In this document: positions 59,080-64,000 of the stretch, one piece after another
Position numbering within the stretch: position 1 is the first letter of the stretch
Layout of the letters: every line of letters begins with the position of its first letter
Source of the DNA: Narcine bancroftii
Taxonomy: Eukaryota
Assembly (NCBI RefSeq): GCF_036971445.1
Contig: NC_091478.1
Coordinates: forward strand, 102,982,001-103,046,000
DNA length: 64,000 nucleotides
Direction of reading: 5' to 3'
The notes under the pieces: model-generated
Seen by the model: only the letters and a program-made list of their open reading frames with translations
Told to the model about the DNA's origin: nothing
Databases searched by the model: none
Translations under genes and position numbers: made by a program

Positions 59080-60880
59080 CGAACCACCGCGCAAGAAAAA
59101 GAAAAGCGAATGGTTAAATCAGAATCATTTGAGCAGCATTGCAAAAAAGCAGGAAACCCAAATGGCCCAAGAGTCGATGGAAATGAACAGAGGAAGCTAC
59201 GTTGAACACTCGCATGGAGACATCAGCAATAAGCAGACCCCCGCTCCTGTAAAACAAATACAGAAATTGTTGTTACCAAAGCCCAAAGCTACATTCGTCA
59301 AACTTCCTGTAATGCACTTAACAACTTTACCAGTTCTTTTATCTTCAGGCATGGCCATGGATAATTCTGTCAAGTCCATTGTTGTTGCAGTTGACAATCA
59401 AGGATCTGTTGTGAACACAATGCATGCTTTACCAACATCAGTGGGAACTCTGATACCAACTTTGGAGACAAAAGCATTGAATTTAAAAAGTGACTTGCCC
59501 ATGACAAAGGTGCCCAGCCTCATGATGGTTGAACCTGTCAGCACTGCAGTACAAGTCAACATGGATTCAGGTTTTCCCAGCAATCTTGGAGACCTGGGTC
59601 ACAAGGACAAATATAGTTCCATGAATGTTCAGACAGATGTATCGTACCTGGCACAGAGCACAGCACCAGAACCTCTAACCATGTTTGGGGCCTCAGAGAG
59701 CACTGCGTCAGCTTGTGCACAAACTGATCTAAGTTTTGGGGCTCAGGTGTTGTTACCTGTAAATGTTCAAACCCAAACATTTGAACCAGACACCAAAATC
59801 ACCACGTCAATAAGTGCTCAGACAGATGCCTTTGGCCAGTCCTATTTTCCATTGTGTAGTGTTTCCAGGAAAACACAAACTTTGGTTAATTCTGGTCAAG
59901 AGAAAGAGCCTGTGATTCAAACACTAATTAATGCAAATAATCCTGAAGAGATTTTTAATCATTCTTTAGTTCCATCTTGCAGTGTGTGCAGGCAGACTCA
60001 AACGATCGCCCGGGAAGCAATGGGCATGGACCAAACACTATCCCATACAACCAATGATGCTCTTCTACAGAACTCTAGTAAATCAGCTGTTGAGTTTCAT
60101 ATTCAATCCACTTTACTTCAACAGAACCCAATGACAGACAATCAAACTCAGACAATTAACCTTTTTAATGACTTGGAAAATATCTTGTCAGCAAGCATAG
60201 AAGATCATTCATTAGAACATCGTGGTCTTGTATCTGATGTTAGCAACGCCTCTGGGGAGAGTATGGCGGGCAGCCAGTCGCAGAATACGGGCATTGACTT
60301 TGACATTGAAGAATTTTTATCCGCAAGCAACATACAGACCCAGACTGAAGAAAATGAATTTGGTACTCTACAGGCAGAAACTGCATTGGAATCTTTGGAT
60401 ATTGAAACTCAGACAGACTTTTTGTTTTCAGATCATCCTTCCCAGGTATACAACCGGGGACAGGCCAGTTATTTAGGACTAGAAATGTTTGACACACAGA
60501 CTCAAACAGACTTCACTTTCTTATTGGACAATAGTCCACATCTACCCCTAGATGGCATTTTGAAACCGTCCAATTTCTCCCTAAATACAGAATCTTCTGG
60601 GACAGAAACCCAAACCGAGGATTTGCCTGCTAGCAGTTTTAGTAATACTGCTGAGAGCCAGGTTCAATTGAACTCGGCTCAAACTCAGACAACCAACAGT
60701 TCCTTTGAAAACCTTGGCAATCTTTTTTTCACTAGCAACGAAACCCAGACTGTAATGGATGACTTTCTCTTGGCTGACATGGCATGGAACACCATGGAAT
60801 GCCATTTCAGTTCAGTTGAGACACAGACGTGTGATGAACTTGTTTCCTTGTTTGAAACTGCTGATAAAAGCACCAGTTAA
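59080..60880 (+). CDS. ATMIN: ATMIN exon 4 (TQT-rich DYNLL1/LC8-binding region)
   Basis: tag|(R)EPPRKKKK...KLLLPKPK...many TQT motifs...DDFLLADMAWNTMECHFSSVETQTC; total CDS 2382 nt = 793 aa. Confidence 0.97.
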
Positions 60881-63800
60881 AAGGTGTAAAGACTACAGAG
60901 GGTAGGAATTTCATGTTACTGTGCCGTCTTCCGGGAATGCAATTTTCACTGAAACTGGCAAACAAAAATAACCCTGATATTTAAATTGATGGAGGTATGG
61001 GGTCTTTCTTCCCCTTGGTGGGGAGAGGGGCTCCACATATTTTCTTGTGACTTTTGAAAATTCACCATTGTAAACTGGTGAAACATAGCTTTCATTTCTC
61101 CTATCCAATTTACTTGTTTTGCTTTCCTCTGAGTGCCTTCATTGGGCACACCATTCGAATTTGCATGTTTCATGGGGCAATCGCACAATCAAATGAAAGG
61201 CAGTATGTACCGTACTCTGATGCCAATATATTTCACCGGTACAATTTCTCTTGTATGACGCTTCCTCTGACTTAACTGCTTGGTGGCTTCGTTTCATGAG
61301 CATCTGGCAACATTGTTAAGGGGTTAGTTTACATGTGTGACCCCTTCCAAGCTTTGAAGAACAGGTTTTTGGGTAAGAAAGTACATTATTGCCAATTTGG
61401 CACCACAACTACATTTTCTGCATTCTGTCCAGTCTAACGACACTTTCTCCACTGCTGTCGTGCTGAGTCGATAAGTTAACCCATTAAGAGAATTTGTTTT
61501 AAAGGCTTTGTTTCCCCTTTAATGTTGCTCTGAAGATTTTGAACCTAGGTTACTCATGAGTCAGTTATAATAGTGGACTCCAGGACAGTCTTGGAGGATT
61601 GGACATCCCGATTGGAGCCAGGCCCAATTGGTCTCTACTTTGAAGCTGGTTTTTTGGGGAACTCCAAATGTGGCAGAACTCTAGACACTACCCATCGAAG
61701 AGTGCAATCTGCTGATTGAATTTTGAAAGTGATTGCGAGTCAAACATTTAGTTTTACACTGAAATGTCAAACAGCTGACTGAGTATTGGTTACACTTTGG
61801 AAGGAAACTGGCACACGTGAAAACAAAATGCTCAGTAAGTCTGGCAGTATCTGGAAGTCTGGAAAGAGAAACATTAACATTTTGGATCAGAGACCCTTGT
61901 TAGGACTAGAAAGGGAGAAAGTTAATTTTTGGTGCATAGAGGATAGGGGTGAGGTATATTTTGAAAATCTCTGTTAAGGCAATACCAAATAATTTAATGA
62001 GGAATTTAAAGGCAGATCACATTTGGAAGATTAGTCTGTCTCTGACTGCCTCGTTAAATCGTTTAGTCTTGCCCTATCAGATATATTCCATTTTTTTTGT
62101 TTTTTTTAATACCTTTTAAAAATTTCGTTCACAACATGGTCCTACTTCTGTAACTGAAACTGTTCTGATGAAAGGTTTTGCACATAGAAGGTAACTGTTT
62201 CTTCATCAGATGCTCCCTGACGTGCTGATTGTTTCCAGCCGTTTCCGTTTTCAGTTCAGATTGACAGTACCTGCATTTTTTTCAGTTGAACATAAGTTAA
62301 TGTCCATCATTGCAACAAGACTAATTCATGCAGGTTAATAGTTACTCTTGCCCAACTCAATTAAAGATCAGATTATCTCTTTAAATAAAATGAAATACCT
62401 GCTCTTTTAAGACACTTGACTAATGAGCTCGATCCTCCTATTATTGCTGCAGGAGGCAGCAGGTGTAGCTTTTCTGTCATTCACTACAGCATTGGGTCTT
62501 GTGTTATTCATTTACAGGAATATTTTAATCTCGTGGCCAATAGCATTGTAAAACTTGGGTTTCACAACCAGTATGTTTAAAAGTCACCACCATTTCACAT
62601 GACAATGTTGTTATTTTCTACTCTATTATATCTGGCTTGTATTTTTAACAGGATAAAATGAACAAGACTTTTTTGTACCTGTATATGCAATGTAGCTGAC
62701 AGACTTGAAGCAACATAATTAAACTGTGTTTAACTGTCCTCCCTGCCATAGGAAATTCTTATCTGAGGATCCAAGCATTAATGCAGCTTCCAGTTTTATT
62801 AAAGTAGATCGCAATTATTCAAAAAATTTTCACCCACAATATTAATGCAAAGCACAACTTTGAAGACATAATTACATTTGGTATGTCTAATCATCCATGC
62901 TTAAAGAAATGCTTCTATCTGATGCAAGTCAAGGGTGAGATACCTGTAAGTTAATGCCATCAAAGTTCATGTGCATTTGTGGAGAATATGAAGGTTGGAT
63001 AGTATGGGAAGCTTGGGTGTTCTAAATTTAGTCTTGCAGTGTATTATCATATTTAGCACCTGTTTGAATGTCATGAGGTCCTTTCAAGCCTTGCTCAAAT
63101 AATATGTATCACAATGTGCTCGCTGGATTGCTGATGGATATTTCTGATACTAATTGTAGAAGAAACCTGTTACGCTTGTTAAATCTTGTAACTAAATATT
63201 TTTTCGCCAGAATTCCAGGAAAGAGTATTTAATCTTCCAGATGTACACATGTGTATCCTACACCCTTAGATGGATGCTTCTTTCCCATTTAGAATCCTTT
63301 GAAAAGTGATATTTTCTGGTACTACCAACAAACTTAGAGCCTGAGTATAACCAGGAGCACTTCTGGAAAAGAGCATCTGCCTGAATTGATAGCTATGAAT
63401 TAGTAAAAGTCTATTTTTTCATCAGGATTGGTGAAACAAATTACCATAAAAGTATTGAATTCCCTTGGTTCAATCAGTTGAGAAGGAATCAATAAACACA
63501 ATGAAGTCGGGGATCCATTTGTGAGCTATAAAACTGGTTTCTCAGTGGAGCTGTGGTTCCATGTATTTGGTTGCCATGTCTCAATTTAAGGATTAAATTT
63601 GTTTATGTAAACACTGTCCATAAATAACGTAGCTCGACTTTGAAGGCACTTCAAAAGCCATGAGGCGTAGGAAACCTGCCAAGGGGCCATTTTGAAGTTA
63701 TATTTATGAAAGTAATGGGACGTGGAGAGTAGAGCAGTGATGGGGGAAATGATACTTAGAATTGGCCATTTACCTCTGTGGGCTAGAAGCCAGTAGCCAG

Positions 63801-64000
63801 GTCAATCTTGGATTACGGTCCAAATCATATTTCAAGTGGGAATGTCAGCTTAATTTTGGAAGCTTCGTCTCTTAGTTTCGTTGAAACTGTGATGATGTGC
63901 TGGCTTTCTATATTGCACTTATCCTATAATATTTTCCTTTCTGAATTTTGCTTTTTTCTCACATCATGAAGCTGTATCCGATTGATGTGAGTGCCACTTG

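Overview
Vertebrate genomic DNA. The repeat landscape (CR1, Rex-Babar, L1, RTE, Penelope, Tc1, hAT, tRNA- and 5S-derived SINEs) suggests a cartilaginous fish; that assignment is inference. The window holds the conserved syntenic trio CMC2 (minus strand, 3 coding exons, 75 aa), CENPN (plus strand, 10 coding exons, 346 aa) and ATMIN/ASCIZ (plus strand, 4 coding exons, 793 aa), each reconstructed by hand with GT-AG boundaries and consistent phase. Most ORF-track entries are repeat or low-complexity artefacts. The main oddities are: (1) a ~1.1 kb inverted duplication carrying a CMC2 pseudo-exon with intact splice sites between CENPN and ATMIN; (2) a hAT MITE whose interior is a patchwork of local sequence, including an exact 39-bp copy of a CMC2 exon/donor junction; (3) further cargo-carrying or templated insertions; (4) two near-identical inverted solo LTRs bracketing CENPN; (5) a 5S rRNA-derived SINE family; (6) Penelope-type repeats with hammerhead-like cores; (7) a young RTE LINE; (8) minisatellites and G/C-rich arrays around the promoters. 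I see no convincing new protein-coding system; the novelty is in genome dynamics.
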